From a virus: a stretch of 64,000 bases of DNA. The notes below the pieces were generated by a model, which was given only the letters and a program-made list of their open reading frames with translations, was not told where the DNA came from and ran no database searches. Positions 54,211-64,000 of the stretch are shown piece by piece; the stretch's first letter is position 1; each line of letters opens with the position of its first letter. A program made the position numbers and the translations under genes. The stretch is taken from the IMG/VR virus record IMGVR_UViG_3300009179_000175, positions 42,759 through 106,758 of that record, one strand, 5' to 3'.

Positions 54211-54420
54211 CTACTTGACTTTGACAACCGTTCCGTTTTCGAGCCACGCCTCGGCATACCAGCGGTGAGGCTCGGGGTAGTGAGGACCCTCGAGCGTGAT
54301 TTTGCCCGACTTGGGCTCGCTACCGCCGAAAGGACCGGGCTGGTAAACCGTTACCCGCTGACCAGCAGCAACCGCTTCCTTAAGCGCCTTTTTGGATTTG
54401 AAATTCGTGTGCGTGTACAT
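54211..54420 (-). CDS. small conserved phage protein
   Basis: NFKSKKALKEAVAAG...GPHYPEPHRWYA. Confidence 0.65.
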   Translation of the reverse strand: MYTHTNFKSKKALKEAVAAGQRVTVYQPGPFGGSEPKSGKITLEGPHYPEPHRWYAEAWLENGTVVKVK

Positions 54421-54835
54421 CAGTGAAAAGTCTCCTGGATGAAGGAAAACGAGAAGATATCGCTATGGGCATCGGACCACATACGCGCAGCATGATAGGT
54501 GTTAAACACCTTACCGCGAACATCGACAGCGCCGTGAATCTGGTAAGTCACTTTGAACATGCATTACACTCCGAGTTGGACGAATTGGTCGAAACGAGGA
54601 TTACGCTTGGTGATAATATCCTTATCACGCACACCCATGATAAACTCACGGGTTTTGAGGTTTCTCAAGGTATACCGCGTGCAATCGGCGAACACGGTCA
54701 TCGGGGTTTCGCGAGTAATCACTTCCCACAGACCGCCGTGGATTGAATGAGATACCTTGGAGCCTTTACGAATAGCCATTAGTTTTCTCCGAGCGGTCTC
54801 CGCCGGGGATTGGGCGGAGACTGTTAGGGGTTAGT

Positions 54836-55111
54836 TTACTTGGTAGGGAACAAGGTGAGCTTTACGACGAAACTGTTCGAAATACCGTGGTAACTCCACG
54901 AGGTGTGGTTTTCGCAGCCGATGAAACGGTCACCGAAGGCTTGTTTGAGCAAGAGGGTGACTTTTTCGAAATCCTTGATTTCTACGGAGCAACCCCACGC
55001 TTTTACGCGGCGAAAGGTTTTCCGTGATTCGGAGTAGAACGGAAGACGCGGGCTGTAACCGGACGCTTGGAGGACTTGGCGAACAGTAGCAGAATCGTTA
55101 AACTTACGCAT
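54836..55111 (-). CDS. early protein, paralog of 38948-39208
   Basis: Shared motif pattern; follows a promoter cassette. Confidence 0.7.
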   Translation of the reverse strand: MRKFNDSATVRQVLQASGYSPRLPFYSESRKTFRRVKAWGCSVEIKDFEKVTLLLKQAFGDRFIGCENHTSWSYHGISNSFVVKLTLFPTK

Positions 55112-55147
55112 TTTGGGCTCCGTTGTGTTTTCCTACTTGATGTGCAT

Positions 55148-55212
55148 AGTATAGCAGACCAGGAGCCGGATGTCAAGCCGTTCAGGAAAAATATTTTCGC
55201 GAAGATGTTACA
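55148..55212 (-). promoter_or_regulatory. sigma70 early promoter cassette
   Basis: TTGACA-N17-TATACT. Confidence 0.85.
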
Positions 55213-55221
55213 TGCTGCCGT

Positions 55222-55605
55222 TCAGGTCGAGTTGGCGTGGCAGACGGATATCGAAATCAACTCGAGACCGTCGGGGCTGACGACACCGTTTTCGTCCACC
55301 TTCGCGATACAGTTCAGCCCAAAGTTAAGAGCGATGCCTTGCAGATTTCCGATGATGCGACCTATTGGAGTGTCCAAAAGTGTCGGGACAGCATATAAAT
55401 CGCCCTGCTCGTTTAAAACCAAATCGGAAAAGACGTGAGAAACTTTCGTTAAGTCCGGGCTCATCTCATAGTTCGTGATGCCTTTTCCCACCTCTCCTAA
55501 AATCGGAGGCTCGGTTTCGGCAATCTTTTGCAGACATTCTTTGGTAAAAATGATACCGTTTTCATTAGGAACACCAGCTTGCTTTATCAAGACAGACATG
55601 GACAT
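55222..55605 (-). CDS. prohead protease (T4 gp21)-like domain, catalytic residues apparently absent
   Basis: QAGVPNENGIIFT..CL, ILGE, VSH, LLDTPIGRII resemble gp21; the ELNHP His and GVSSRG Ser positions read EVGKG and GLNCIA. Confidence 0.5.
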   Translation of the reverse strand: MSMSVLIKQAGVPNENGIIFTKECLQKIAETEPPILGEVGKGITNYEMSPDLTKVSHVFSDLVLNEQGDLYAVPTLLDTPIGRIIGNLQGIALNFGLNCIAKVDENGVVSPDGLELISISVCHANST

Positions 55606-55627
55606 AGTGTTATCCTCCATTCGAGAT

Positions 55628-56086
55628 TCATTCCGATAGCCTACCCCAAGCATCGACGAGCTTGCGATAGACCGCAGCATTGTACAGTTGCAATCCTCTA
55701 TAGTTGGGAAGCTCGAGACGAAAAATGTCGTTGACGAACTTGCCTACTCCCGCGCTTCGCGAAACTCCTGCGAAGCAGTGAACGATAAGCGTTATATCGA
55801 CAGGTAACTGATGAATTCGACGAACGAATTTTACGATGATATCGGCTTGTTTGTCGGAGATAGCTTTTAGATTCTTAGGTGCATAATCGTTGTCGACATC
55901 ATCGAACATGAGTTGAATGCCGTCCATCCAGCGAGGATGATTGATTTTAGGTGCTGGATGCTCGTCGAATTCGGTTCCGTAAATCGAAATGAAAGCGTGA
56001 GTATCTTTCGTCGGATTCTCGGAAGTCGGATAGAAGTTTATCCTACGGAACATTGATCTGCTTAGGTTTTTCACTCGCTTAATCAT
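55628..56086 (-). CDS. protein-tyrosine/dual-specificity phosphatase-like protein
   Basis: LMFDDV and IVHCFAGVSRSAGV (CX5R). Confidence 0.8.
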   Translation of the reverse strand: MIKRVKNLSRSMFRRINFYPTSENPTKDTHAFISIYGTEFDEHPAPKINHPRWMDGIQLMFDDVDNDYAPKNLKAISDKQADIIVKFVRRIHQLPVDITLIVHCFAGVSRSAGVGKFVNDIFRLELPNYRGLQLYNAAVYRKLVDAWGRLSE

Positions 56087-56355
56087 TTCGTATCACTCTT
56101 TGGGTTCAAAACATAGTGCGGTATAGTTCTGGTGAGAACTAAAATCTGGCGTCTTTTTTAGTAAGAAGATGAAGCGGTTAAAGGCGCCTTTTTAAGAAAT
56201 CTGGCGTCTTCTTCATTCGGGTGCAGTTTATCCACGTTTCCGACAGAACGGACAGCATAAGGTATCTATATTGTCGTTATCGAAATCGCCGATAGACCAC
56301 CAATGCTTGCATTCGGTGCACTGAAAGTGATAGAGTGTTTCAATGTTGAAGGTGA

Positions 56356-56832
56356 TCATTTGGACTTTGACTTTGACTTAGGCTTGTATAAGACAAATTT
56401 TTGAAAATCAGAAGATTTTTTGGTTGGCATTTTGTAAGCATAGCCAGTTTGAGAGATAAATTTCTTAGTCATTGAAGTATAAAAATCTACTCTCGACTGT
56501 TCACTTTTATTGGCGGAGAATACTAAAACATCAGGGTCATTCTTTTCGATGAAATCTTTTGTAATCTTGATAACCGTAGAAAAGATCGCGAAAGCATCAC
56601 CACCACCTGTTAGGCGCATCACATTATCTACATCGAAAAAAAGTTCCCATCCTTGAACAGGGCTACTGGATATGAACCTAAATTCGAATTCTTCTAACAT
56701 AAAGTCCACCGTAACTTTTTTGTTAGTCGATGTAGTAAATCCATAGCTCACATCCTTATCGGTGGACAAGGTTCTTTCGAACGGATACGATTTATTGAAA
56801 ATTTCGTGTAGGAAGTCTTTGAAAGATAACAT
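56356..56832 (-). CDS. putative internal head protein (MLSFKDFLHE)
   Basis: CTS-like N-terminus; TGGGDAFAIFSTV...F.A.K...SR..FY motif. Confidence 0.55.
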   Translation of the reverse strand: MLSFKDFLHEIFNKSYPFERTLSTDKDVSYGFTTSTNKKVTVDFMLEEFEFRFISSSPVQGWELFFDVDNVMRLTGGGDAFAIFSTVIKITKDFIEKNDPDVLVFSANKSEQSRVDFYTSMTKKFISQTGYAYKMPTKKSSDFQKFVLYKPKSKSKSK

Positions 56833-56934
56833 TTTATTGTCCTTTTTCTTATTTAATCCGCAGGAATCCATTATACACTTTAGTCGCCACCCTTCTTGTC
56901 TTTACATGTCTTTACTTGACTACTCCTGAGACGG

Positions 56935-56963
56935 AGTATAGCACATCGGGAGGCGTTTGTCAA
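56935..56963 (-). promoter_or_regulatory. sigma70 promoter
   Basis: TTGACA-N17-TATACT with extended -10. Confidence 0.7.
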
Positions 56964-56966
56964 GCC

Positions 56967-57539
56967 TTACGGCGAAGGTGCCACTCCGCCTTTGAAAGGA
57001 TTACGAATTCCGGTGAATCCCTTGTTCCTCCAGGTTTTATCGACAGGTTGAGATTTTTCCACGAAAGGCTTCACTTCGGGTTTGGTCTCCTCGACCACTG
57101 GAGATTCCTGAACGGCAGGTTCTTCCTTGGACCTGACGATTTCGGCGACTATGTTAGAAATCGTCACGGAAACATCGGGAGTGGAAGGTGCCGCTTCCTT
57201 GATCGGGCTCTTCAGTTCGACTTTGGCGGGTTCGGTGATCATAATCTCTTCCGCAAGAGGAACGAAGAGTCTGTTTTCCAGAACGACTTCCAATCTCGAC
57301 TTATACGATCCCGATCTGAATAGATTCAGCAATCTGGGAATGGTAATCTTCACGCCATCGGGAGAACGAACTGCTCGGCAAATGATCGAGAAGACGTCTT
57401 GCACGCTATCTCCGGTTTCCGGATCGATTTGAGATTCGATGATGAAGCGGATGTCGGTCGGTTCGTCTTTAGTGCCCGAGATATTCAGATCGAAAGTGAG
57501 TTCGTGAGATACTGAGGGGTCGATGGTTGCAATTATCAT
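56967..57539 (-). CDS. hypothetical late protein
   Basis: 190 aa; TATAAATA about 30 nt upstream. Confidence 0.65.
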   Translation of the reverse strand: MIIATIDPSVSHELTFDLNISGTKDEPTDIRFIIESQIDPETGDSVQDVFSIICRAVRSPDGVKITIPRLLNLFRSGSYKSRLEVVLENRLFVPLAEEIMITEPAKVELKSPIKEAAPSTPDVSVTISNIVAEIVRSKEEPAVQESPVVEETKPEVKPFVEKSQPVDKTWRNKGFTGIRNPFKGGVAPSP

Positions 57540-57553
57540 TAGAATTGATTCCT

Positions 57554-57905
57554 CTATGTTTTCTTCCTATTTATAACCGTTACGGTTATCTTCTTGAACT
57601 CGTCTCTGATTCTCGAGACCACCGTGATCATCTTATCCTTAACCGATTTGATCGAGCTGGATATCTGTATGACTTTGTCTATCACGATGGTTTCGACCCA
57701 GAGCGACTGCTTCCAATGATGATTCTTATAAAACACCTCTACGGTAACCAGTCTTCGTGAATCACGAAGCTCCGTGACCTCCAAATCGCTCCCACCCGGA
57801 GAAATGGATACGACTACCTTAAAATAATAGCCCAGAGTTGCACAGTGGAAGGTAGTGAATCCTGGTGCTAATCCGCAGAGTAGCGATTTGGATCGGATCG
57901 ATCAT
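57554..57905 (-). CDS. hypothetical protein split by one extra base
   Basis: MIDPIQIATL joins GLAPGFTTFHCATLGY... if 57875 is removed; length 352 = 3n+1. Confidence 0.55.
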
Positions 57906-57906
57906 C

Positions 57907-58269
57907 TCATTCCAGAGTCACGGTCTCGAAGATGCAGAACGGCTCGAGAAGCATGATGTCTCGTGCAGACATTTCGAGATTAGGTACGGAACTTAGATCG
58001 ACTTTCTGAACCGGGATTTCGATGGTCACTTCTAAAGCCTCGGTTAGTTCAGACATGATTGCCTGATTCGTTTCAGGAGTCACTTCCGTTCCCTGAGGAG
58101 CCAGACGCTCGATCACATCCTGTCTAACCTTTGTTAGGGTTTCCAGTTCTTTGTTGGCGAAACGGATAATCTTGCTTATGTTATAGCCCGTCTTGATATT
58201 CAGACGTTGCTGGCTTAGATTCATTAGAGCATCACGAGCATCAACGATTTCTTTTAGAGTCACTTGCAT
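57907..58269 (-). CDS. tail-fibre-associated small protein (possible chaperone)
   Basis: Directly downstream of the fibre gene; AATAAATA upstream. Confidence 0.5.
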   Translation of the reverse strand: MQVTLKEIVDARDALMNLSQQRLNIKTGYNISKIIRFANKELETLTKVRQDVIERLAPQGTEVTPETNQAIMSELTEALEVTIEIPVQKVDLSSVPNLEMSARDIMLLEPFCIFETVTLE

Positions 58270-58307
58270 GGTATAATCTCCTGTTGGTTTAAGATCAATA
58301 GTATTTA

Positions 58308-61300
58308 TTAAGTCAGAGTGATCGTCCCTGAGCGTACCGTTCCATCGGATCCCTTGTATTTAACGGTTATGGTGGTATTGCTGGTCGCTTCGAACACGAG
58401 TTCGCCGTTGTTAGCTGGAGTGACCGATGCTAATGGCGACTGAACAATGCTACCGTTGACTTGGAGCTTGTTGATTGTGTCATCCGTTGTCGTACCGATC
58501 AATACTCTGCCGCCAGTGGACAGCCTCATTCTTTCTGAAGAACTTGTAAAAAATGCTATGGGTAGATAGGTTCCTGATCCAGCGATACCTGAAACAACGC
58601 TCGCGTAAGAATCACTTATACCTATACTCATGTAACCAAAATTGATAGTATCGCTAGAATTAGTTGCTCCAAATGATGACAATACTGCTGTTCCATTGGG
58701 GATAATGGCCAAATGCGTGGGCTGATTTGAAGTTGATGTTTGGAATAGCGTTCTTGATCCTAAAGTAGCATTGCTGAAATCACCTCTGATTCTTCTGGAT
58801 GATCCAATGAATGCTTGATCACCATTCACTTGCAGCAAGTGAGACCCGTCGTCAGTCGTTGTTCCGATGAGCAATCGTCCACTGGTCGTGATTCTCATCG
58901 CTTCTGTCTCACCCATCTCAAAAGTGAGTGGTAGTAGAGTTCCCGTGCCTGCTGCTTGTGATGTGATACGAGCATCAGTAGCATAGCTGGCTATTCGTAT
59001 AAAGTTGAAGTTGACAAGATCGCTGGCATTAGCGCACCAGATAGCAGCACTTGTCCCTGTTCCGTTTGGGAGAATAGGTATGCTGGTTGTGCCATTCGTC
59101 GTACTCGTTTGCAGAGCAGTTCTATTAGGGTACTCCGTACCGGTAGAAAAATCTCCTCGAATCCTTCTTCCGGTTCCAATGAACGCCATGTCACCGTTGA
59201 CTTGCAGTAGATTCGATCCATCATCTGTATCAGTGCCGATTAGAACACGATTCGTCGTCGTCAGACGCATAACTTCGGTTGCCCCCATTTGAAGAACGAG
59301 GGGCTGTAAAGTTCCGGTACCTGTTGCTCCAGAAAGCAATCTGGTGTAAGTGGGACCGGCGGATATTTGAACGTATCCTGCGTTCGTTGGATCGGAGTTA
59401 TTAAAACCGTTTACATTGCTACCAGTCCCGGTGCCATTGGGAATCAGACCCACCGCCGTATTGCCATTGGTTGTTGAGTTCTGGAATAGCGTTCGAGAAG
59501 CCTGAGTTGAGTTGCTGAAGTCGCCTCGAATCCTTCTTCCAGTTCCGATGAACGCCATGTCGCCGTTGACTTGGAGTAGATTAGATCCATCATCCGTCGT
59601 CGTACCAATCAGTATTCTTCCACTGTCGGTTATTCTCATTCTTTCGAGAGAGGTGGTCGTGTCATTAGCTGTCGTCTTGAAGGCGGTGTAAGCTCCATTA
59701 GCAGTAGCTCCCCAGGTTTGCGCGGCGGCAAAAAGGATACTTGCTTTAGACGAATTGACCCAAACGTTCGAATACCCTGATCCCGAAATACCGAATAAGT
59801 TATCATCCACTTGAACTGCTGAAGGAGATGCTGCTGTTCCTCTGCAACGACGACCAGAAACGGCTCCGGATTGATTTGAGGTAGAGTATGAATCAAGTGC
59901 TATACGAACAACCTGCTCATTCGTTCCAGTGATATGAACGACCGCATCAGCCCAAGGTACAGCAGGTTCTGATCCATTGCAGATAGTCAATCTGGCGACA
60001 CCATTATCCGTCGTCGTACCAATCAAGATACGTCCTGCTGTGGTGATTGCGAGGTGATCTGCCCAAGAACCATTATAATAAGAGAACTCAAGGTTGTTGG
60101 CTCGTGTTCCCCATCCACTAGAACGCTTGCTCATCATCCATTGATTGGTCGATGATTGGTAAAAGGCAATAGCAGCCGTGTTGATTGATCCAGAAGTCGA
60201 ACCGCCTTCTAGTCTAACCTCTGCACTCACGGACGATCTATAGAGATGCAACGGCATACTAGGCGAGACCCCAATACCCAAGTTGCCAGAGGTATCTATC
60301 CTCATCTTCTCAGATCCATCGATATCAAATGCCATTGGAAGGGCAGTACCAGTTCCTTGTTTTCTAGAACCTATTTGAGATGTTGCTGCAGTGATACCTA
60401 GAAGGAGCATACCATGGTTACTGAGATCACTGGAATTGATTGTCATTAGATAAGAACCAGTTCCTGTTCCATTCGGTACGAAGAAGATTCCAATATTACC
60501 ATTCGTCGTTGATGTTTGAAACAGCGTTCTTGATGATACAGTCGCGTTGGAGAAATCGCCTAGAATTCTTCTTGATGATCCAATGAATGCCAAGTTACCG
60601 TTGACTTGCAGTAGATTAGATCCGTCATCCGAGCCCGCTCCTATGAGAATACGACCCGAACTTAACATCTTGATTCTTTCAATTCCGCTCGTTTGCAGAA
60701 TCAAAGCGGCAGCATCGGAACAGGCAATATAAAACTCACCTGTTCCTCTATGATAGATAGCTGATGTCGTATTGGCACCAGTGTTGTTGCGTATGATTCT
60801 CAATCCGAAATCGGTGTAAGTGGTATCACCGATAAAGTCGATATAAGAATAGCCATTACCTGTGCGACCGGTACCCAACTGTAATGCAGTTTCAGAAGTA
60901 GCAGTTTTAGCATACAAGTTCAAATTCGTTGATGTAGTCGAACTCCATAAACTCATTGCCCTTGAACCACTGCCACCAGGATTACCTGCAATAGGCGAGT
61001 GAGCCCCACCTGAGTACCAATCGAATTGACCAGAAGAGCTTCTGCTATACATCGATCCATTCTGAACACCCAGGCTATAGACTACAGGCGCATCAGGGAA
61101 TGCCTGAGTGGGCGGAGTGAATGCTGCCGAATAACGGACGATGCCTTTGGTGATACGGAAGTCATCCATATACCCAACCCACGGATAATTGTTGTTGGTG
61201 TAGTAACCTATTCGTGGGTTGATTGTTGGATAGGAGTAAGTTCCTGCTGTTTTAGTCCCAGAACCACTCAGTACACCATTAACCCAGCAACTGATAACAC

Positions 61301-64000
61301 CAGAAGCGGCATCAAAAGTCATTGCGACATGAGACCAAGTGTTGAGTGACAAAGCGATGTTAGTTGGTGTACCAAAACCTCCGCCATCTGAACGGGAGAT
61401 AACCACATACGGCTTTCCGGTTCCAGTCTCTAACAAGAATGTAAATGCTGGCTGAGAACCGTTATTGTTGCCATGCTGTAAGATACAACGATAGGTTGAG
61501 AAACTGGTTGGATAGAGCCACGCCTCAACTGTGAATGAAGTGGTAGTATCCGTTAGAAAGTTGAAATTGGTATATGGGAATGTTAGATAGTTGGCACTTC
61601 CATTAAAGTAGCCTGAAGTTCCACCAAACTTACTTTGTGCGGTAGAGATTGTGGGTCCAGAAGCTGTAACAGAAAGATTGTCTATCGAACTATCAATAAA
61701 ACTCGTAGAACCATTGGTTCCGTTCATATGAAGCGATAGAGTCACTTTGTCGTAGAACTGATCGATCAGTTGGCTGGCTCTATCTGGAAACGTCGTATAG
61801 GGCGGAGTGAAGTCTCCTGTATAGCGTGCTATTCCCTTGGTGATTCTGATGTCTTGCAAATACCCATTGAAATTATTGTGGTTAAGATAATCACCTGTCG
61901 CAATCTTCAGAGGTTCCGTATTGGTGAAGATAGAAGATGATCCGATATTGCCTGATACTCCTGCGACCCCATTAACATAGAGGGTGAGAGAAGTTCCATT
62001 TCGAACCGCAGCAACGTGATACCAAGTATTCAGGGTTGGAATGATATTGTAATAGGTACCGGCTGCCTCAGAAGTTCCATTCGTGCTAACCGAAAGATAT
62101 ATCGACCCTGTTCCATTGTAGAATAGAACATAACCATAGTTCGCATTCCAGCTGTATCGTTTGCAAATGAGGTTATTCCATCCACCCGATGCGGCTATAG
62201 ACGAGAAGTTGACCCAAAACTCAATCGTGAAGTTGCTCGACCCCATATTGAATGACGCATCATCGGCAAAGGAGAGGTAATCGCCTGTTCCATCAAAATA
62301 CATCGAACTGGTAGTGAATTTGAATTGAGCGGTTCTCGTGCTGGTGTTACCGGCTACGGTGGCTGTTTTAGGTGTCGGACTGCTGTCGAAGAAGAGTGTT
62401 CCACCCTCGTTACCGATTCCGTGCAATAGCAGAGAGACGTAACCATAGTACGGATCATAATCATTTAGACTGGCGTAGTCAGGAAACGCGACTACTTCAG
62501 GAGTGAAGTTAGCTGTATAGCGAGCAACACCTTTGGTGATTCGGAACTCATCGATATAACCTTGATAGTTGTTAGCACCTGTAATGGCTCCTATCGTAAG
62601 ATTCGCAGTATCGCTGAAAACGATAGCATTGGAGTATGTTCCGACACTCGTGCCGTTGACATACATCGTGATTATGCCAGAATTTCTAACGATAGCGACA
62701 TGAGACCAAGCGTTCAGGGTTACTGTGCCCGCATAGATAATCGTTGTATTATAAGTTGAGAAACGCCAGGTACCATTGTAGATTCCCCAAGCCCATCCCG
62801 TATTGCTTGATGTCGTCAACTTGCTCATTCCCGATATGTTACCGGATGAGCTTGACTGTGGATACCACCAGGCTTCGATAGTAAAGTCTTCAGAACCCAT
62901 TCGCAGATCTTCTGAATCAGCAACAGACATGTAGTCACTGGTACCATCGAAGTAGAGTGAGGATACACCAAACATCTTCTGAGTAGTAGATAGTTTAGCG
63001 TCATAGAAAGGTGTAATCACTCTGCTGTTCAAACTGCTATCAAGCACCGTGGTAGAGTTATTCGTTCCATCGCAATGCAATAGGAGTTTGACATAAGAGA
63101 AGTAGGCATCGGGATAAGATTGCCTTGATAAGAACAGAACCTCGCGCGATCCTGATCCGAATGACAACGTATACGGATCCTTGATGATGCTATCGTAATC
63201 CGTTCTTACGAATGACTGAGCGGGTACTCCACCCAGATACGCTGCATTGACATTGGTTGCTCCACTGATGTTGAGACTCTTGGCGCTGATGGTTCCATTG
63301 ACTTGGATCAATGCACCTGAAGAGTCGTCGGCAGTCGCTCCGATTAGAAGATGACCGTACTCATTCAGCACCATTTGAGCCGTTCCGCCGAAGCCAGGAT
63401 CCAGTGCTGCATCGCTGTGGATGCCGTCTTTGTACCAGGCGAAGTTCTTGCTGCTTCTCTGATAGACGGTGTCGGCTTGACTACCTATGCTCGCTATCTG
63501 ATTGCGATCAACGAACGGTTGAGTCGGTGGAGTGAAGTCTGTCGTATAGCGTGCTAAGCCTTTGGTGATTCTCAGTTCGTCGATGTAACCGTGCCAGAAA
63601 GCCAAGTAACCACTATAATACTCACCGCCTATTCGACTTATAGCCGAACTTAGAGATGCACCGCTGGTAGAGAGTGAAGCTTCTAATACGCCATTGACAA
63701 ATAGGCGTCTTGTACTACCATCGTAGGTGGTGGCTACGTGAGTCCAGGTGTTTAAAGCGATATCGCTTGTTGAGGCGATCAACCCACCGCCAGATGCGTG
63801 CCATACAGCTATCTTATGGCTATTGTTCTCACGAATGTTAAAACTGAACCTATTGCTAAAATCATCATTTTCAGTATATTGAGAATACAATACTCTACCC
63901 CATGACTCATCTGTCGAGTAAGATAGCAGATAGATCCATGCTTCGATAGTGTACGCCTCGGAAGATATCAACGATGTCGCCAACTCCAAGAAGTCACCAC
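58308..64000 (-). CDS. long tail fibre/adhesin with LamG (ConA-like) domains and repeats; 5' end beyond the window
   Basis: Frame open to the right edge; four FTIE.W..W.HVA..G.IDE.RITKG.ARY modules; repeated ERMRI..GRILIGTTTDDGSNLLQVNG. Confidence 0.85.
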   Translation of the reverse strand, partial: GDFLELATSLISSEAYTIEAWIYLLSYSTDESWGRVLYSQYTENDDFSNRFSFNIRENNSHKIAVWHASGGGLIASTSDIALNTWTHVATTYDGSTRRLFVNGVLEASLSTSGASLSSAISRIGGEYYSGYLAFWHGYIDELRITKGLARYTTDFTPPTQPFVDRNQIASIGSQADTVYQRSSKNFAWYKDGIHSDAALDPGFGGTAQMVLNEYGHLLIGATADDSSGALIQVNGTISAKSLNISGATNVNAAYLGGVPAQSFVRTDYDSIIKDPYTLSFGSGSREVLFLSRQSYPDAYFSYVKLLLHCDGTNNSTTVLDSSLNSRVITPFYDAKLSTTQKMFGVSSLYFDGTSDYMSVADSEDLRMGSEDFTIEAWWYPQSSSSGNISGMSKLTTSSNTGWAWGIYNGTWRFSTYNTTIIYAGTVTLNAWSHVAIVRNSGIITMYVNGTSVGTYSNAIVFSDTANLTIGAITGANNYQGYIDEFRITKGVARYTANFTPEVVAFPDYASLNDYDPYYGYVSLLLHGIGNEGGTLFFDSSPTPKTATVAGNTSTRTAQFKFTTSSMYFDGTGDYLSFADDASFNMGSSNFTIEFWVNFSSIAASGGWNNLICKRYSWNANYGYVLFYNGTGSIYLSVSTNGTSEAAGTYYNIIPTLNTWYHVAAVRNGTSLTLYVNGVAGVSGNIGSSSIFTNTEPLKIATGDYLNHNNFNGYLQDIRITKGIARYTGDFTPPYTTFPDRASQLIDQFYDKVTLSLHMNGTNGSTSFIDSSIDNLSVTASGPTISTAQSKFGGTSGYFNGSANYLTFPYTNFNFLTDTTTSFTVEAWLYPTSFSTYRCILQHGNNNGSQPAFTFLLETGTGKPYVVISRSDGGGFGTPTNIALSLNTWSHVAMTFDAASGVISCWVNGVLSGSGTKTAGTYSYPTINPRIGYYTNNNYPWVGYMDDFRITKGIVRYSAAFTPPTQAFPDAPVVYSLGVQNGSMYSRSSSGQFDWYSGGAHSPIAGNPGGSGSRAMSLWSSTTSTNLNLYAKTATSETALQLGTGRTGNGYSYIDFIGDTTYTDFGLRIIRNNTGANTTSAIYHRGTGEFYIACSDAAALILQTSGIERIKMLSSGRILIGAGSDDGSNLLQVNGNLAFIGSSRRILGDFSNATVSSRTLFQTSTTNGNIGIFFVPNGTGTGSYLMTINSSDLSNHGMLLLGITAATSQIGSRKQGTGTALPMAFDIDGSEKMRIDTSGNLGIGVSPSMPLHLYRSSVSAEVRLEGGSTSGSINTAAIAFYQSSTNQWMMSKRSSGWGTRANNLEFSYYNGSWADHLAITTAGRILIGTTTDNGVARLTICNGSEPAVPWADAVVHITGTNEQVVRIALDSYSTSNQSGAVSGRRCRGTAASPSAVQVDDNLFGISGSGYSNVWVNSSKASILFAAAQTWGATANGAYTAFKTTANDTTTSLERMRITDSGRILIGTTTDDGSNLLQVNGDMAFIGTGRRIRGDFSNSTQASRTLFQNSTTNGNTAVGLIPNGTGTGSNVNGFNNSDPTNAGYVQISAGPTYTRLLSGATGTGTLQPLVLQMGATEVMRLTTTNRVLIGTDTDDGSNLLQVNGDMAFIGTGRRIRGDFSTGTEYPNRTALQTSTTNGTTSIPILPNGTGTSAAIWCANASDLVNFNFIRIASYATDARITSQAAGTGTLLPLTFEMGETEAMRITTSGRLLIGTTTDDGSHLLQVNGDQAFIGSSRRIRGDFSNATLGSRTLFQTSTSNQPTHLAIIPNGTAVLSSFGATNSSDTINFGYMSIGISDSYASVVSGIAGSGTYLPIAFFTSSSERMRLSTGGRVLIGTTTDDTINKLQVNGSIVQSPLASVTPANNGELVFEATSNTTITVKYKGSDGTVRSGTITLT

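Noticed and set aside
58308-64000. Diversity-generating retroelement target
   Set aside because: Repeats lie in frame within one protein; no reverse transcriptase or adenine-specific template/variable repeat pair was seen in the window.

Overview
Fragment of a large T4-like (myovirus) phage genome. Essentially everything is encoded on the minus strand, and the plus-strand ORFs in the track are shadows. T4-type markers: gp14 neck, gp15 tail-completion, PseT-like Pnk, dNMP kinase, a gp21-like domain, TATAAATA late promoters, capsid-targeting-like N-termini, and a >1890-aa LamG/repeat tail-fibre gene that runs off the right edge. The window is a translation/RNA-rich accessory region: about 40 tRNA or tRNA-like genes (several non-canonical), a complete tmRNA, a GGQ release-factor-like gene, and Pnk plus RNA ligase. 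Two ncRNA systems are invisible to the ORF track: (i) 12 Y-RNA-like elements at 48.6-52.9 kb sharing an AATGC-N5-GGAYTACAT/CTTG stem, several with circularly permuted tRNA domains, and (ii) a tandem pair of permuted tRNA-like RNAs with a different motif directly downstream of an uncharacterised 252-aa protein (17.2-18.3 kb), my best candidate for an undescribed protein-RNA system. Also present: purM, a divergent PurA-like enzyme, ung, a TAXI receptor, a MTase/nuclease pair, vWA plus J-domain/kinase-like genes, a four-gene exopolysaccharide-like cassette, a radical SAM protein, an NAD-dependent epimerase, and at least 11 near-identical sigma70 early-promoter cassettes. Five genes carry an apparent single extra base, so indel errors in the assembly are likely. 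All calls were made by eye; no searches or folding programs were run, and start codons are best guesses.
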